From NCBI GenBank assembly GCA_963744255.1, contig CAVUSZ010000019.1, forward strand, positions 11,096 through 75,095: DNA of 64,000 bases, read 5' to 3'. Origin of the DNA: an uncultured beta proteobacterium. Lineage in GTDB: Bacteria > Pseudomonadota > Gammaproteobacteria > Burkholderiales > SG8-39. The translations under genes were made by a program, and so were the position numbers. Shown one piece after another: positions 39,857-52,763 of this stretch. Every line of letters begins with the position of its first letter. Position 1 is the first letter of the stretch. A model generated the notes under the pieces. It was given only the letters and a program-made list of their open reading frames with translations, ran no database searches and was not told where the DNA came from.

Positions 39857-41185
39857 GTGAAACCCACCATCGTCATCGTGGGCCGGCCGAACGTCGGCAA
39901 GTCGACCCTTTTCAACCGTCTCACGCGGTCGCGAAATGCGCTGGTCGCGGACGCGCCGGGCCTCACCCGCGACCGCCACTACGGCGACGGCCGCCTTGGG
40001 GACCGGCCGTACTACGTCGTCGATACGGGCGGGCTCGAGCCGGTGGCGAAGGAGGGGCTCCTCGGCGAGATGGCAAGGCAGACCGCAGCCGCGATCGCCG
40101 AGGCCGACGCGGTCATCTTCCTCGCCGACGCGCGCGACGGCGTCACGCCGCAGGACCGACGAATCGCTAACGAGCTGCGGAAGGCGCGCGCCGCGGTATG
40201 GCTGGTGGCGAACAAGGCCGAAGGGCTCGACGCTTCGGTCGCCACCGCGGAGTTCCATGAGCTGGGACTGGGCACGCCGCATGCGATCTCCGCGGCGCAC
40301 GGCGATGGCGTGGGCGGGCTGATGGATGCGATGCTGGCGGACTATCCGGCCGACCCAGAGGCCGAAGAGGATCCCGCGGACGACGTGCCCCGAGTCGCCG
40401 TCGTCGGGCGGCCGAACGTCGGCAAGTCGACGCTGGTAAACCGCCTGCTCGGCGAGGACCGCATGATCGTGTTCGATTCCCCGGGCACGACGCGCGATGC
40501 GATCGAGGTGCCGTTCGAGCGCGACGGCCGGCGCTACGTGCTGGTCGACACCGCGGGCGTCCGAAGGCGCGGGCGGGTGTTCGAAACGATCGAGAAATTT
40601 TCCATCGTCAAGACGATGCAGGCGATCGACCGCGCGAACGTGGCGATACTGGTCGTCGACGCTGCCGAGGGTATCGCCGATCAGGACGCGCATCTCGCCG
40701 GGTACGTTCTCGAGCGCGGACGCGCGCTCGTCGTCGCGGCAAACAAGTGGGACGGCCTCGACGAGTACGCGCGCGAGAACGCGAAGCGCGCGATCGAGCG
40801 CAAGCTCGCATTTCTCGCCTTCGCCCGTGTCCACTTCGTCTCGGCGCTCGCCGGCGAGGGCCTGCGTTCGCTGATGGCTTCGGTCGACGAGGCGTACCGG
40901 GCGGCAATGGCGAAGCTCCCGACGCCGCGTCTCACGCGGACGCTGATAGACGCAGTGGCACGGCAGGCACCACCGCGCGCCGGCCTGGTGCGGCCGAAGC
41001 TGCGCTACGCGCACCAGGGCGGACGCAACCCGCCGATCATCGTGGTGCACGGCACGGCGCTCCGCGCGGTCCCGGCAAGCTATCGCCGCTACCTCGAGGG
41101 CGTCTTCCGCAAGGCGTTCGGCCTCGCCGGCACGCCGCTGCGCATCGAGTTTCGCACCGGGCGGAACCCTTTCGTGCGGGAATAG
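39857..41185 (+). CDS. der: Ribosome-associated GTPase Der (EngA)
   Basis: GTG start and two GTPase domains, each with GRPNVGKST. Confidence 0.95.
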   Translation: MKPTIVIVGRPNVGKSTLFNRLTRSRNALVADAPGLTRDRHYGDGRLGDRPYYVVDTGGLEPVAKEGLLGEMARQTAAAIAEADAVIFLADARDGVTPQDRRIANELRKARAAVWLVANKAEGLDASVATAEFHELGLGTPHAISAAHGDGVGGLMDAMLADYPADPEAEEDPADDVPRVAVVGRPNVGKSTLVNRLLGEDRMIVFDSPGTTRDAIEVPFERDGRRYVLVDTAGVRRRGRVFETIEKFSIVKTMQAIDRANVAILVVDAAEGIADQDAHLAGYVLERGRALVVAANKWDGLDEYARENAKRAIERKLAFLAFARVHFVSALAGEGLRSLMASVDEAYRAAMAKLPTPRLTRTLIDAVARQAPPRAGLVRPKLRYAHQGGRNPPIIVVHGTALRAVPASYRRYLEGVFRKAFGLAGTPLRIEFRTGRNPFVRE

Positions 41186-41268
41186 TCCCATCGGGCGAGG
41201 GGGTGTGCGATGGCGGCGGCCCCCGAAACGCGCTAAAGTAACCGCTGATAACAAACGCCGGAGCGGCC

Positions 41269-41508
41269 ATGAGCAACAAGGGACAACTCCTACAAGACCC
41301 CTTCCTGAACACGCTGCGCAAGGAGCACATCCCGGTGTCGATCTATCTCGTCAACGGGATCAAGCTCCAGGGGCAGATCGAGTCGTTCGACCAATACGTT
41401 GTCTTGCTCAAGAACACCGTGACCCAGATGGTGTACAAGCACGCGATCTCCACCGTGGTCCCCTCGCGTCCGGTCAACCTCAGCCTGGACCACGGCGGCG
41501 ACTCCTGA
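41269..41508 (+). CDS. hfq: RNA chaperone Hfq
   Basis: [50 protein letters not shown]. Confidence 0.98.
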   Translation: MSNKGQLLQDPFLNTLRKEHIPVSIYLVNGIKLQGQIESFDQYVVLLKNTVTQMVYKHAISTVVPSRPVNLSLDHGGDS

Positions 41509-41521
41509 TGTTCCGCGGGTA

Positions 41522-42697
41522 GTGGCGGGGAACGCGCCTCGCCTCAGCAGCAGCCGCGTGAACGGCGTTCGGCCGGGCGGCGCGGTGCTCGTCGCGCTCG
41601 ACTTCGGCCGGGATGACCAGGCCGAGAGCCGCGACGAGCTGCGGCTGCTCGTGACCAGCGCCGGTGTCCGGGTCCTCGCGGTCGTAGAGGGGCGGCGCAC
41701 GCGGCCTGATCCGGCGCTGTTCGCGGGCTCGGGCAAGGTCGACGAGGTGGCGCGGATGCGCGCCGAGACCGGTGCGACGCTGGTGATCTTCAACCACGAG
41801 CTTTCGCCGGCGCAGCAGCGCAATCTCGAGCGGCGCCTCGAGTGCCGCGTCGTCGATCGCACTACGCTGATCCTCGACATCTTCGCCCAGCGCGCGAGCT
41901 CGCACGAGGGCAAAGTGCAGGTCGAGCTCGCCCAGCTCCAGCATCTCGCGACGCGGCTCGTGCGCGGCTGGACGCATCTCGAACGCCAGAAGGGCGGGAT
42001 CGGGCTCCGCGGGCCGGGCGAGACGCAGCTTGAGACCGACCGGCGGCTGATCGGGCGGCGGGTACGGGTGCTGAAGGAGCGCCTGGCGAAGCTCGGCCGG
42101 CAGCGCACCGTGCAGCGCCGGGCGCGCATGCGCGGCGAGGTGCTCGCGGTTTCGATCGTCGGCTACACGAACGCCGGCAAGTCGACGCTGTTCAACGCGC
42201 TGACCCGCGCCGGCGCGTACGCGGCCGACCAGCTGTTCGCAACCCTCGACACGACGACGCGGCGGTTGTTCCTGCCTGCGCTCGGCGCGATCACCTTGTC
42301 GGACACGGTCGGCTTCATCCGCGGACTGCCGCACACCCTGGTGGCGGCGTTCCGCGCGACGCTCGAGGAGACCGTGCACGCCGACCTGCTGCTGCACGTC
42401 GTCGATGCATCGAGCCCGAGTCGCGACCGGCAGATCGACGAGGTCAACAAGGTTCTGGCGGAAATCGGTGCCGACGCGATTCCGCAGCTCATCGTCTGGA
42501 ACAAGATCGATCTCAATGGCGTCGGGCCGGGAATCGACCGGGACGAGTGTGGTAACATCGCGCGCGTCCGAATGAGCGCCCGAACGAGCGCCGGACTCGA
42601 CGATCTACGCCAGGCGCTCGCCGAGGCGGCAGCCGCGAAAACCGAATCCCGACGGGCAACGACCCCAGCCGACACGATCGACCTTCATGTCACTTAA
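41522..42697 (+). CDS. hflX: GTPase HflX
   Basis: GTG start, the GPGETQLETDRR block, and G1 GYTNAGKST. Confidence 0.9.
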   Translation: MAGNAPRLSSSRVNGVRPGGAVLVALDFGRDDQAESRDELRLLVTSAGVRVLAVVEGRRTRPDPALFAGSGKVDEVARMRAETGATLVIFNHELSPAQQRNLERRLECRVVDRTTLILDIFAQRASSHEGKVQVELAQLQHLATRLVRGWTHLERQKGGIGLRGPGETQLETDRRLIGRRVRVLKERLAKLGRQRTVQRRARMRGEVLAVSIVGYTNAGKSTLFNALTRAGAYAADQLFATLDTTTRRLFLPALGAITLSDTVGFIRGLPHTLVAAFRATLEETVHADLLLHVVDASSPSRDRQIDEVNKVLAEIGADAIPQLIVWNKIDLNGVGPGIDRDECGNIARVRMSARTSAGLDDLRQALAEAAAAKTESRRATTPADTIDLHVT

Positions 42698-43886
42698 CGA
42701 TCCGCAGTGGGGCCGCCGCGGCGGCGGCGGGGGCGGGGGCGGGAACCAGGGCCCACCGGATCTCGACGAGCTGTGGCGCAACTTCAACCAGCGCCTCGCG
42801 GCGATCTTCGGCCGGCGCGGCGGAGGTGCCTCGGGCGGCGAGCCGCCGAACTTCCGCCAGCTCGGCGGCGGCGCGGGCTTGCTCATCTTCCTCATCGTCG
42901 TGGTCTGGCTCGCGAGCGGGTTCTACATCGTCGACGCGAGCCAGCGCGGCGTCGTGCTCACGTTCGGGAAGTACTCGCAGACGACGGAGCCCGGCCTGCG
43001 GTGGCGGTGGGCGTACCCGATCCAGTCGCACGAGGTCGTCAACATCAGCCAAGTGCGGACCATCGAGGTCGGCTACCGCAACAACGTCAAGTCGAAGGTG
43101 CTGCGTGAGGCGCTGATGCTCACCGACGACGAGAACATCGTCGACATCCAGTTCGCGGTGCAGTACACCATCAAGGACCCCGAAGATTACCTGTTCAACG
43201 TCCGGCGGCCGGACGAGACCGTGATGCAGGTGGCCGAAACCGCGTTCCGCGAGATCGTCGGCAAGTCGAGCATGGACTTCGTGCTCTACGAGGGCCGCGA
43301 GGAGATCGCCGCCCGCGCCGAGAAGCTGATGCAGGACATCCTCGACCGCTATCAGACCGGGGTGCTGGTCAGCAAGGTCACGATGCAGAACGCCCAGCCC
43401 CCCGAGCAGGTGCAGGCCGCGTTCGATGACGCGGTCAAGGCAAAGCAGGACCAGGAGCGGGCGAAGAACGAAGGCCAGGCGTACTACAACGACGTCGTGC
43501 CCAAGGCGCGCGGCGCCGCCGCTCGCCTGCTCGAGGAGGCGAGCGGCTACCGTCAGCGCGTGGTCGCCGCGGCGGAAGGCGAATCTTCACGATTCAAGCA
43601 GGTCCTCGTCGAGTACAACCGGGCGCCGGCGGTGACGCGCGAGCGGATGTATCTCGAGACGGTGCAGCAGATCATGACGAGCACGAGCAAGGTCATGATC
43701 GACGCCAAGGCGGGCGGGAACCTGCTGTTCCTGCCGCTCGACAAGATCGTGCAGATGTCGGCCGCCGCGCTGCCCGACGCCATGGGTACCGGCAAGTCGT
43801 CGTCCGGCGACGCCGCGCCGGGGCCCGAGGCGACCGGGCGCTCGCGCGAGGCATTGCGCTCCCGCGAGCGGGAAGGGCGGCCATGA
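42687..43886 (+). CDS. hflK: FtsH protease modulator HflK
   Basis: Gly-rich N-terminus, a TM segment, and an SPFH/band-7 domain. Confidence 0.9.
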   Translation: MSLNDPQWGRRGGGGGGGGNQGPPDLDELWRNFNQRLAAIFGRRGGGASGGEPPNFRQLGGGAGLLIFLIVVVWLASGFYIVDASQRGVVLTFGKYSQTTEPGLRWRWAYPIQSHEVVNISQVRTIEVGYRNNVKSKVLREALMLTDDENIVDIQFAVQYTIKDPEDYLFNVRRPDETVMQVAETAFREIVGKSSMDFVLYEGREEIAARAEKLMQDILDRYQTGVLVSKVTMQNAQPPEQVQAAFDDAVKAKQDQERAKNEGQAYYNDVVPKARGAAARLLEEASGYRQRVVAAAEGESSRFKQVLVEYNRAPAVTRERMYLETVQQIMTSTSKVMIDAKAGGNLLFLPLDKIVQMSAAALPDAMGTGKSSSGDAAPGPEATGRSREALRSREREGRP

Positions 43887-44770
43887 GGCTCGGCCTGGGC
43901 GCGTTCGTCGGCGCGGTCCTCGTCGCCGCGGTGCTCGCGAGCCTCGCGCTCTTCATCGTGGACCAACGCGAGAACGCGATCGTCTTCCAGCTCGGCGAGA
44001 TCAAGGAGGTGATCACCGAGCCGGGACTGCGCGCGAAATGGCCGCTCATCCAGAACGTGCGCTACTTCGACAAGCGCATCCTGACCATCGACGAGCCGGA
44101 TACCGAGCGCTTCGTCACCTCCGAGAAGAAGAACCTGTTGGTCGACTCGTTCGTGAAGTGGCGAATCGAGGACGTGCGCCAGTACTACGTCACGATGAAC
44201 GGCGACGAGGCGCGCGCGCGCTCGCGTCTCACGCAGGTCATCAACTCGGTGCTGCGCGAGGAGATCGGCAGGCGCAATGTCCAGGACGTCGTGTCCGGCG
44301 AGCGCGACAAGATCATGCAGGTCGTGCGCGACAAGGTGCTGCAGGACGCAAAGCCCTTCGGCATCCAGATCGTCGATGTGCGGCTGAAGCGCGTCGAGCT
44401 GCCGCAGGACGTGAGCGAGTCGGTCTACCGCCGCATGGAGGCCGAGCGCCGCGCGGTGGCGGCCCAGCTGCGGTCGCAGGGCGCCTCCGACGCCGAGAAG
44501 ATCCGCGCCGAGGCCGACAAGGACCGCGAGGTGATCATCGCCGAAGCCTATCGCGACGCCCAGCACGCGAAGGGCGAGGGCGACGCGAAGGCCGCGGCGA
44601 TCTATGCCAAGGCATATAGCGAGAACCCCGAGTTCTACGCGTTCTACCGCAGCCTCGAAGCGTATCGGGCGAGCTTCCGCAGCCGCTCCGACGTGCTCGT
44701 CCTCGAGCCGAGCTCCGACTTCTTCAGGTACTTCAGGAACCCCGGCGCGCACCGACCGGCCGGCAAGTGA
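43883..44770 (+). CDS. hflC: FtsH protease modulator HflC
   Basis: SPFH domain, overlapping the hflK stop. Confidence 0.9.
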   Translation: MRLGLGAFVGAVLVAAVLASLALFIVDQRENAIVFQLGEIKEVITEPGLRAKWPLIQNVRYFDKRILTIDEPDTERFVTSEKKNLLVDSFVKWRIEDVRQYYVTMNGDEARARSRLTQVINSVLREEIGRRNVQDVVSGERDKIMQVVRDKVLQDAKPFGIQIVDVRLKRVELPQDVSESVYRRMEAERRAVAAQLRSQGASDAEKIRAEADKDREVIIAEAYRDAQHAKGEGDAKAAAIYAKAYSENPEFYAFYRSLEAYRASFRSRSDVLVLEPSSDFFRYFRNPGAHRPAGK

Positions 44771-44955
44771 TTACGACGGTCCTGATGGCGGTCGGGCTGA
44801 TGTTCGTGATCGAGGGTGCGCTGCCGTTCCTCGCGCCGCGCGCGTGGCGCGACATGTTCCGGCGCATCCTGCAGTTCAGCGACGGCCAGATCCGGTTCTT
44901 CGGCCTAGCGTCGATGCTCGCCGGGATCGTGCTCATCTCGCTCGCCCGCGCCTGA
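44767..44955 (+). CDS. DUF2065 small membrane protein
   Basis: 62 aa, two TM segments. It occupies the conserved slot after hflC. Confidence 0.7.
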   Translation: MITTVLMAVGLMFVIEGALPFLAPRAWRDMFRRILQFSDGQIRFFGLASMLAGIVLISLARA

Positions 44956-44968
44956 CGGGTGCACCGTC

Positions 44969-47406
<2,438 letters not shown>

Positions 47407-47420
47407 CGTGACCCACGACG

Positions 47421-47927
47421 ATGGGCGACCTCTACGTGAGCTGGACCGATTACCACCAGGCTATCGAGCGTCTCGCGGCGAAGGTGCACGAGTCGGGCTG
47501 GCGCTTCAACCAGGTCGTGTGCATCGCCCGCGGCGGCTTGCGGGTAGGGGACGTCGTGTCGCGCATCTTCAAGCTGCCCCTGGCAATCATCTTCACCAGC
47601 TCCTATGTGAGCGAGGGCGGCACGGTGCGCGGCGAGATCAGGGTCTCCGAGCACATGTCGATGATGACGCCGGAACTGGGCGACCGGGTGCTGCTCGTCG
47701 ACGATCTCGTGGACTCCGGCGTGACGCTCGAGGTCGTGAGGCGCCACATCGCCGAACGTCATCCCAACGTGAAGGAGATCCGCAGCGCGGTCCTGTGGCA
47801 CAAGGCCAGCTCGAAGGTGAAGCCCGATTACTGCGCCGACTACTTCGCCGAAAGCCCGTGGATTCACCAGCCGTTCGAGCCCTACGACACCATGACGGCC
47901 GGCGATCTGCGCTCGCGCGCCGCCTAG
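47421..47927 (+). CDS. Phosphoribosyltransferase-family protein (purine PRT-like)
   Basis: PRPP-binding loop VLLVDDLVDSGVT. Confidence 0.8.
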   Translation: MGDLYVSWTDYHQAIERLAAKVHESGWRFNQVVCIARGGLRVGDVVSRIFKLPLAIIFTSSYVSEGGTVRGEIRVSEHMSMMTPELGDRVLLVDDLVDSGVTLEVVRRHIAERHPNVKEIRSAVLWHKASSKVKPDYCADYFAESPWIHQPFEPYDTMTAGDLRSRAA

Positions 47928-47975
47928 CTTGGCTCGGCCGGAGCGTTACGCACGGGAGCGCCCGGTGAGAAGTGC

Positions 47976-48062
47976 TGGTGCCGCCGGAGGGACTCGAACC
48001 CCCACACCCTTTCAGGCACATGGACCTGAACCATGCGCGTCTACCAATTCCGCCACGGCGGC
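47976..48062 (-). tRNA. tRNA-Leu (anticodon CAG), encoded CCA
   Basis: The reverse complement reads GCCGCCGTGGCGGAATTGGTAGACGCGCATGGTTCAGGTCCATGTGCCTGAAAGGGTGTGGGGGTTCGAGTCCCTCCGGCGGCACCA. It folds as a cloverleaf with a long variable arm and anticodon loop TTCAGGT. Confidence 0.95.
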
Positions 48063-48080
48063 AGGAGGCGCGGATTCTAG

Positions 48081-50285
48081 ATGAATCGCGGTCCCGCTTC
48101 AATTAAGCGCCGCCGCGCCCGCGCCGCCCCGCGATCGCCGGCGGCGAGACGGGCGGCCGATCCGCAGCGCGCGCGCGAAGCCGAGCGCTACGCCGAGCCG
48201 TTGCCTAGCCGCGAGCTCATCCTGCAGACGCTGGAGGAGGAAGCGGTCCCGCTCGACGAGCGGCGGCTCGCGCAGCTTCTCGGCGTACGCCGCAAGGAGG
48301 CGGAAGCCTTTGCCCGCCGCCTCGCCGCGATGGAGCGCGAGGGCCAGGTCCTGCGCAACCGCAAGGGCGCGATCCTCGTCGCGGGCAAGGTCGACGTGGT
48401 GCGGGGGCGGATCGAAGCGCATCCCGACGGGTACGGTTTCGTGGTGACCGACGACGGCAGCGCGGACCTGTATCTCGCGCCCGGCGAGATGCGCCAGGTG
48501 ATGCATGGGGACACCGTGCTCGTGCGTCCCGCCGGCGTCGACCGCCGCGGCCGCCGCGAAGGGCGCATCGTCGAGGTCGTCGAGCGCGCGCACGCCCGAG
48601 TCGTCGGGCGGCTGCATACCGAGCGCGGCGTCGCGTTCGTGGCCGCCGCGGACCGCAGGATCCACCACGACATCCTGCTCGAGCCCGGGGCGACCGCCGG
48701 GGCCAAGCCCGGGCAGATCGTTACCGCCGAGATCGTCGTCCAGCCGGGGCTGCAAACCCAGCCGATCGGCCGCGTCGTCGAGGTGCTCGGTGACTTCGGC
48801 GATCCCGGCATGGAGATCGAGATCGCGCTCCGCAAGCACGATCTGCCGTTCGAATTCTCGCCGGCCGCGAAGCTGCTCGCCGCGCGGCTGCCGCGCGCGG
48901 TGCGGGCCGCCGACCTGAAGGGTCGCAAGGATCTTCGCGCGTTGCCGTTCGTCACGATCGACGGCGAGTCGGCGAAGGATTTCGACGATGCGGTCTACTG
49001 CGAGCCCGCCGGCAAGGGCTTTCGCCTCCTGGTGGCGATAGCCGACGTGAGCCACTACGTCACTGCCCGCGACGCGCTCGACGATGACGCGCGCACGCGC
49101 GGCAATTCGGTGTACTTCCCGCGGCGGGTCATCCCGATGCTGCCCGAGAAGCTCTCGAACGGGTTGTGCTCGCTCAACCCGGAGGAGGACCGGCTCGCGA
49201 TGGTGTGCGACATTGCGGTCGGCGCCCGGGGCGAGCTGACGCGGTACGAGTTCTATCCGTCGGCGATCCGTTCGCACGCGCGACTCACTTATACCCAGGT
49301 GGCACGAGCGCTATACGAGACGCCGGCGCAGATCGAGCCGGCCGTCGCGCCACTCCGCGAGCGCCTGCAGACGCTGGACGAAGTGTTTCGCGCACTGCTT
49401 CACGCGCGCGGCCGCCGCGGCGCGATCGACTTCGAGACGCTGGAGACCGAGATCGAGTTCGACGATCACGGCAAGATCGCGCGCATCGTGCCCCGGCCGC
49501 GCAGCGACGCCCACCGGCTCATCGAGGAGTGCATGCTGGCGGCCAACGTCTGCGCGTCCGACTTCCTGCACCGCAGCGGCCACAAGGCGCTCTATCGCGT
49601 GCACGAGGGACCCACGCCGGAGAAACTGGAAGCGCTGCGCGGTTTCCTCAGAAGCTTCGGGTTGTCGCTCGGCGGCGGTGACTCGCCGCACGCGAAGGAC
49701 TACGCCCGGCTGCTGGAGAGCGTGAAGGCGCGTCCCGACGTCCAGCTTCTCCAGACCGTGCTGCTGCGGTCGCTGAAGCAGGCGATGTACAGCCCGGAGA
49801 ATGTCGGGCATTTCGGCCTCGCCTACGAGGCGTACACGCACTTTACGTCGCCGATCCGCCGCTACCCCGATCTCGTCATTCACCGATCGATCAAGGCGGC
49901 CCTCGAGGGCCGCGCGTACGATCCCGGGGACTGGGCGGCGCTCGGGCTGCATTGCTCGAGAACGGAGCGCCGGGCCGACGACGCCTCGCGCGACGTCCAG
50001 GCGTGGCTCAAGTGCTACTACATGCGCGACCGCGTCGGCGACGAATTCTGGGGCAGCATCAGCGCGGTGACGAGCTTCGGCATCTTCGTCGCGCTCGACG
50101 ACGTCTATGTCGAGGGACTGGTGCACATCTCGGAGCTCGGCAACGACTACTTCCAGTTCGACCCCGTCGGACATCTGCTGCGCGGTGACCGCACCCGCCG
50201 CCAGTTCCGGATCGGCGACCGCGTGCGCGTGCGCGTCGTGCGTGTCGACCTGGAGCTCGCGCGCATCGATTTCGCGCTGGCATGA
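48081..50285 (+). CDS. rnr: Ribonuclease R
   Basis: 734 aa with an RNB catalytic domain (DFDDAVYCE, VYFPRRVIPMLPE) and a C-terminal S1 domain. Confidence 0.95.
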   Translation: MNRGPASIKRRRARAAPRSPAARRAADPQRAREAERYAEPLPSRELILQTLEEEAVPLDERRLAQLLGVRRKEAEAFARRLAAMEREGQVLRNRKGAILVAGKVDVVRGRIEAHPDGYGFVVTDDGSADLYLAPGEMRQVMHGDTVLVRPAGVDRRGRREGRIVEVVERAHARVVGRLHTERGVAFVAAADRRIHHDILLEPGATAGAKPGQIVTAEIVVQPGLQTQPIGRVVEVLGDFGDPGMEIEIALRKHDLPFEFSPAAKLLAARLPRAVRAADLKGRKDLRALPFVTIDGESAKDFDDAVYCEPAGKGFRLLVAIADVSHYVTARDALDDDARTRGNSVYFPRRVIPMLPEKLSNGLCSLNPEEDRLAMVCDIAVGARGELTRYEFYPSAIRSHARLTYTQVARALYETPAQIEPAVAPLRERLQTLDEVFRALLHARGRRGAIDFETLETEIEFDDHGKIARIVPRPRSDAHRLIEECMLAANVCASDFLHRSGHKALYRVHEGPTPEKLEALRGFLRSFGLSLGGGDSPHAKDYARLLESVKARPDVQLLQTVLLRSLKQAMYSPENVGHFGLAYEAYTHFTSPIRRYPDLVIHRSIKAALEGRAYDPGDWAALGLHCSRTERRADDASRDVQAWLKCYYMRDRVGDEFWGSISAVTSFGIFVALDDVYVEGLVHISELGNDYFQFDPVGHLLRGDRTRRQFRIGDRVRVRVVRVDLELARIDFALA

Positions 50286-51037
50286 AGGAGGCGCGGGTGC
50301 TGATCGGGTTCCACGCGGTGCTCGCGCGCCTGCGCGCCGATCCGGAGTCGGTGCTGGAGATCCTGGCCGACGAGACGCGTCACGACGCACGGATCGGGGA
50401 CGCGCTCGCGGCGGCGGAGACGCGCGGCGTGCGGGTGATCCGCGTCCCGCCGCGGCGGCTCGATGGCTTCTATGGCGGAGGTCGGCACCAGGGGATCGTG
50501 GCCCGGGTTCGCCCGCGCGACGAGCGGGTCGATCTCGACGAGATTCTTGGCCGCGTGCGGGAACCGCCGCTGCTCCTGGTGCTCGACGGCGTGACCGACC
50601 CGCACAACCTCGGGGCCTGCCTGCGCGTCGCCGACGCGGCGGGCGTACATGCGGTGATCGCGCCGAAAGACCGGAGCGCCGGGCTCTCCCCGGCGGTAAC
50701 CAAGGTGGCGAGCGGCGCGGCCGAGTCGGTACCGTTCGTCGCAGTAACCAACCTCGCACGGACGCTCGACGCATTGAAGGAGCAGGGCGTATGGGTCGTG
50801 GGAGCTGCCGGCGACGGACCCGACGACCTGTTTGCTGTCGATCTTCCGGGGCCGGTCGCCTGGGTGCTGGGCTCGGAGGGGGAGGGAATGCGGCGCCTCA
50901 CGCGCGAGCGGTGCGACCGTCTCGTTCGCATCCCCATGCTCGGGCAGGTCGGCAGCCTAAACGTAGCCGTCGCGGCCGGGATCTGCCTGTACGAGTCGCG
51001 GCGTCAGCGCGGGGCCGTTGCGAAGCCAAGTCGCTGA
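50282..51037 (+). CDS. rlmB: 23S rRNA (guanosine2251-2'-O)-methyltransferase
   Basis: SpoU/TrmH family blocks [12 protein letters not shown] and [19 protein letters not shown]. It follows rnr. Confidence 0.9.
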   Translation: MKEARVLIGFHAVLARLRADPESVLEILADETRHDARIGDALAAAETRGVRVIRVPPRRLDGFYGGGRHQGIVARVRPRDERVDLDEILGRVREPPLLLVLDGVTDPHNLGACLRVADAAGVHAVIAPKDRSAGLSPAVTKVASGAAESVPFVAVTNLARTLDALKEQGVWVVGAAGDGPDDLFAVDLPGPVAWVLGSEGEGMRRLTRERCDRLVRIPMLGQVGSLNVAVAAGICLYESRRQRGAVAKPSR

Positions 51038-51042
51038 TTTTG

Positions 51043-51072
51043 TTGCACACGCGGAGGCCGTTCGACTATACT
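51043..51072 (+). promoter_or_regulatory. Candidate sigma70 promoter of the rpsF operon
   Basis: TTGCAC-N18-TATACT lies about 100 nt upstream of the rpsF ATG. Spacing is one nt longer than optimal. Confidence 0.35.
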
Positions 51073-51173
51073 CCCCCGCTTCCTTGCCGCACCGGTTCCG
51101 CATACCGGGCGGCCAAACGGGAACCACGCCGAATCGAGCGGGGGCCCGATCAACCATAAGGAGATCCGCCAGC

Positions 51174-51561
51174 ATGCGGCACTACGAAATCGTCTTCATC
51201 GTCCATCCGGACCAGAGCGAGCAGGTCCCGGCGATGATCGAGCGCTACCGCACCACGGTCGGCTCGCGCCAGGGCAAGATCCACCGCCTCGAGGACTGGG
51301 GCCGCCGCCAACTCGACCTATCCCATCGAGAAGGTCCACAAGGCGCACTACGTGCTCATGAACATCGAGTGCGACGGCGAGACGCTCGGCGAGCTCGAGC
51401 ACGCGTTCAAGTTCAGCGACGCCGTGCTGCGCCACCTCATCGTCAAGATGAAAGGGCCGGTGACGACGCCCTCGCCGATGATGAAGGAAGAGAAGGCGAA
51501 GTCGGTCCTGCATCCGGAAAGCAGCAAGGAAAGCGCAAAGCCGGCGGAAGTGCCGGCCTGA
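51174..51561 (+). CDS. rpsF: 30S ribosomal protein S6, interrupted by a +1 frame break at about 51316-51318 as assembled
   Basis: [47 protein letters not shown] is in frame 0. [44 protein letters not shown].. is in frame +1. AAGGAGA RBS. The span is 388 nt, which equals 129 codons plus 1. Confidence 0.85.
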
Positions 51562-51580
51562 CGCAGAGCGCGGACCGGAT

Positions 51581-51907
51581 TTGGATCGGAGCAGCCGGAT
51601 ATCGACCAACGAACTGACGTTGGCCGGCCGGCTCGCCGCGCGAGACGCGGTGCGCTACACGCCGGCGGGCGTGGCGGTACTGAGCTTCAGCGTCGAGCAC
51701 GAATCCCGGCAGCCCGAAGCCGGCGCAGACCGCGAGGTGAGGATCGAGGTGACGTGCGTCGCGTTCGAGGCCGAGGCGAAGGCGGTCGCGGCGGCGCCGC
51801 TCGGGATCGGGTTGAAGCTCGGCGGGTTTGTCGCGCCGAAGAGCCGGCATAGCCGCCAGCTGGTGCTGCACGTGAACGAGATCGAATTCTTGGAAGGAGT
51901 CAAGTGA
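51581..51907 (+). CDS. priB: Primosomal replication protein N (PriB)
   Basis: OB-fold protein between rpsF and rpsR, with [33 protein letters not shown]. The exact start is uncertain. Confidence 0.8.
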   Translation: MDRSSRISTNELTLAGRLAARDAVRYTPAGVAVLSFSVEHESRQPEAGADREVRIEVTCVAFEAEAKAVAAAPLGIGLKLGGFVAPKSRHSRQLVLHVNEIEFLEGVK

Positions 51908-52215
51908 TGCCCCCACCCAGCAGAGGCCGTAGCGGCGGCCGAAAAGGCAAGGACGGCCGCAAGGACGGCCGCGGCCGCGAGCGCGGCGGTTCGCGCCAGC
52001 TGTTCAAACGGCGCAAGTTCTGCCGGTTCACCGCCGAGAAGGTGACGTGGATCGACTACAAGGACGTCGACGTCCTGAAGGACTTCATCAACGAGAACGG
52101 CAGGATCATTCCGGCGCGCATCACCGGCACCAAGGCCGGCTACCAGCGCCAGCTGTCAGAGGCGATCAAGCGCGCGCGCTTCCTGGCGCTGCTGCCGTAC
52201 ACCGATCTCCACTAG
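51907..52215 (+). CDS. rpsR: 30S ribosomal protein S18
   Basis: [43 protein letters not shown]. The ATG at 51907 overlaps the priB stop, and a GTG at 51904 is also possible. Confidence 0.95.
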   Translation: MPPPSRGRSGGRKGKDGRKDGRGRERGGSRQLFKRRKFCRFTAEKVTWIDYKDVDVLKDFINENGRIIPARITGTKAGYQRQLSEAIKRARFLALLPYTDLH

Positions 52216-52229
52216 GGACGGAGCCGGCG

Positions 52230-52685
52230 ATGCAAGTGATTCTGCTGGAGAAGATCATCAACCTGGGCGGACTCGGCGACGTTGTCAAGGTGAAGGACGG
52301 CTTCGCGCGCAACTACCTGATCCCGCAAGGCAAGGCGAAGCGCGCTACGCGCGAGAACCTGGCCGAGTTCGAGTCCCGTCGGGCGGACCTGGAGAAGGCG
52401 CAGGCCGACGCGCTCGGGGCGGCGCAGGAGCGCGGCGCCAAGCTCGACGGACTGATGATCCAGGTCACCCGCAAGGCTGGCGTCGACGGGCGACTGTTCG
52501 GGTCGGTGACCAACTACGACATCGCCGAAGCGTTGCAGGCGCTCGGTCACGCGGTCGAGCGTGCCGCGATCCGGCTGCCGCAAGGCCCGTTGAAGGCGAT
52601 CGGCGACCATCAGGTCGCCGTTGCGCTGCACGGCGACGTCGTGGTCCACATCACGGTGTCCGTGCTCGGCGAGCAGGGCGGCTGA
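52230..52685 (+). CDS. rplI: 50S ribosomal protein L9
   Basis: [36 protein letters not shown]. Confidence 0.95.
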   Translation: MQVILLEKIINLGGLGDVVKVKDGFARNYLIPQGKAKRATRENLAEFESRRADLEKAQADALGAAQERGAKLDGLMIQVTRKAGVDGRLFGSVTNYDIAEALQALGHAVERAAIRLPQGPLKAIGDHQVAVALHGDVVVHITVSVLGEQGG

Positions 52686-52763
52686 GCTCCGGCAGCGGCG
52701 GTTTCGCTTCTTCCTGACCGCGTCCCGCGCGCGTAGAATCGTAGCGCGATTCTCGCACCGCGA

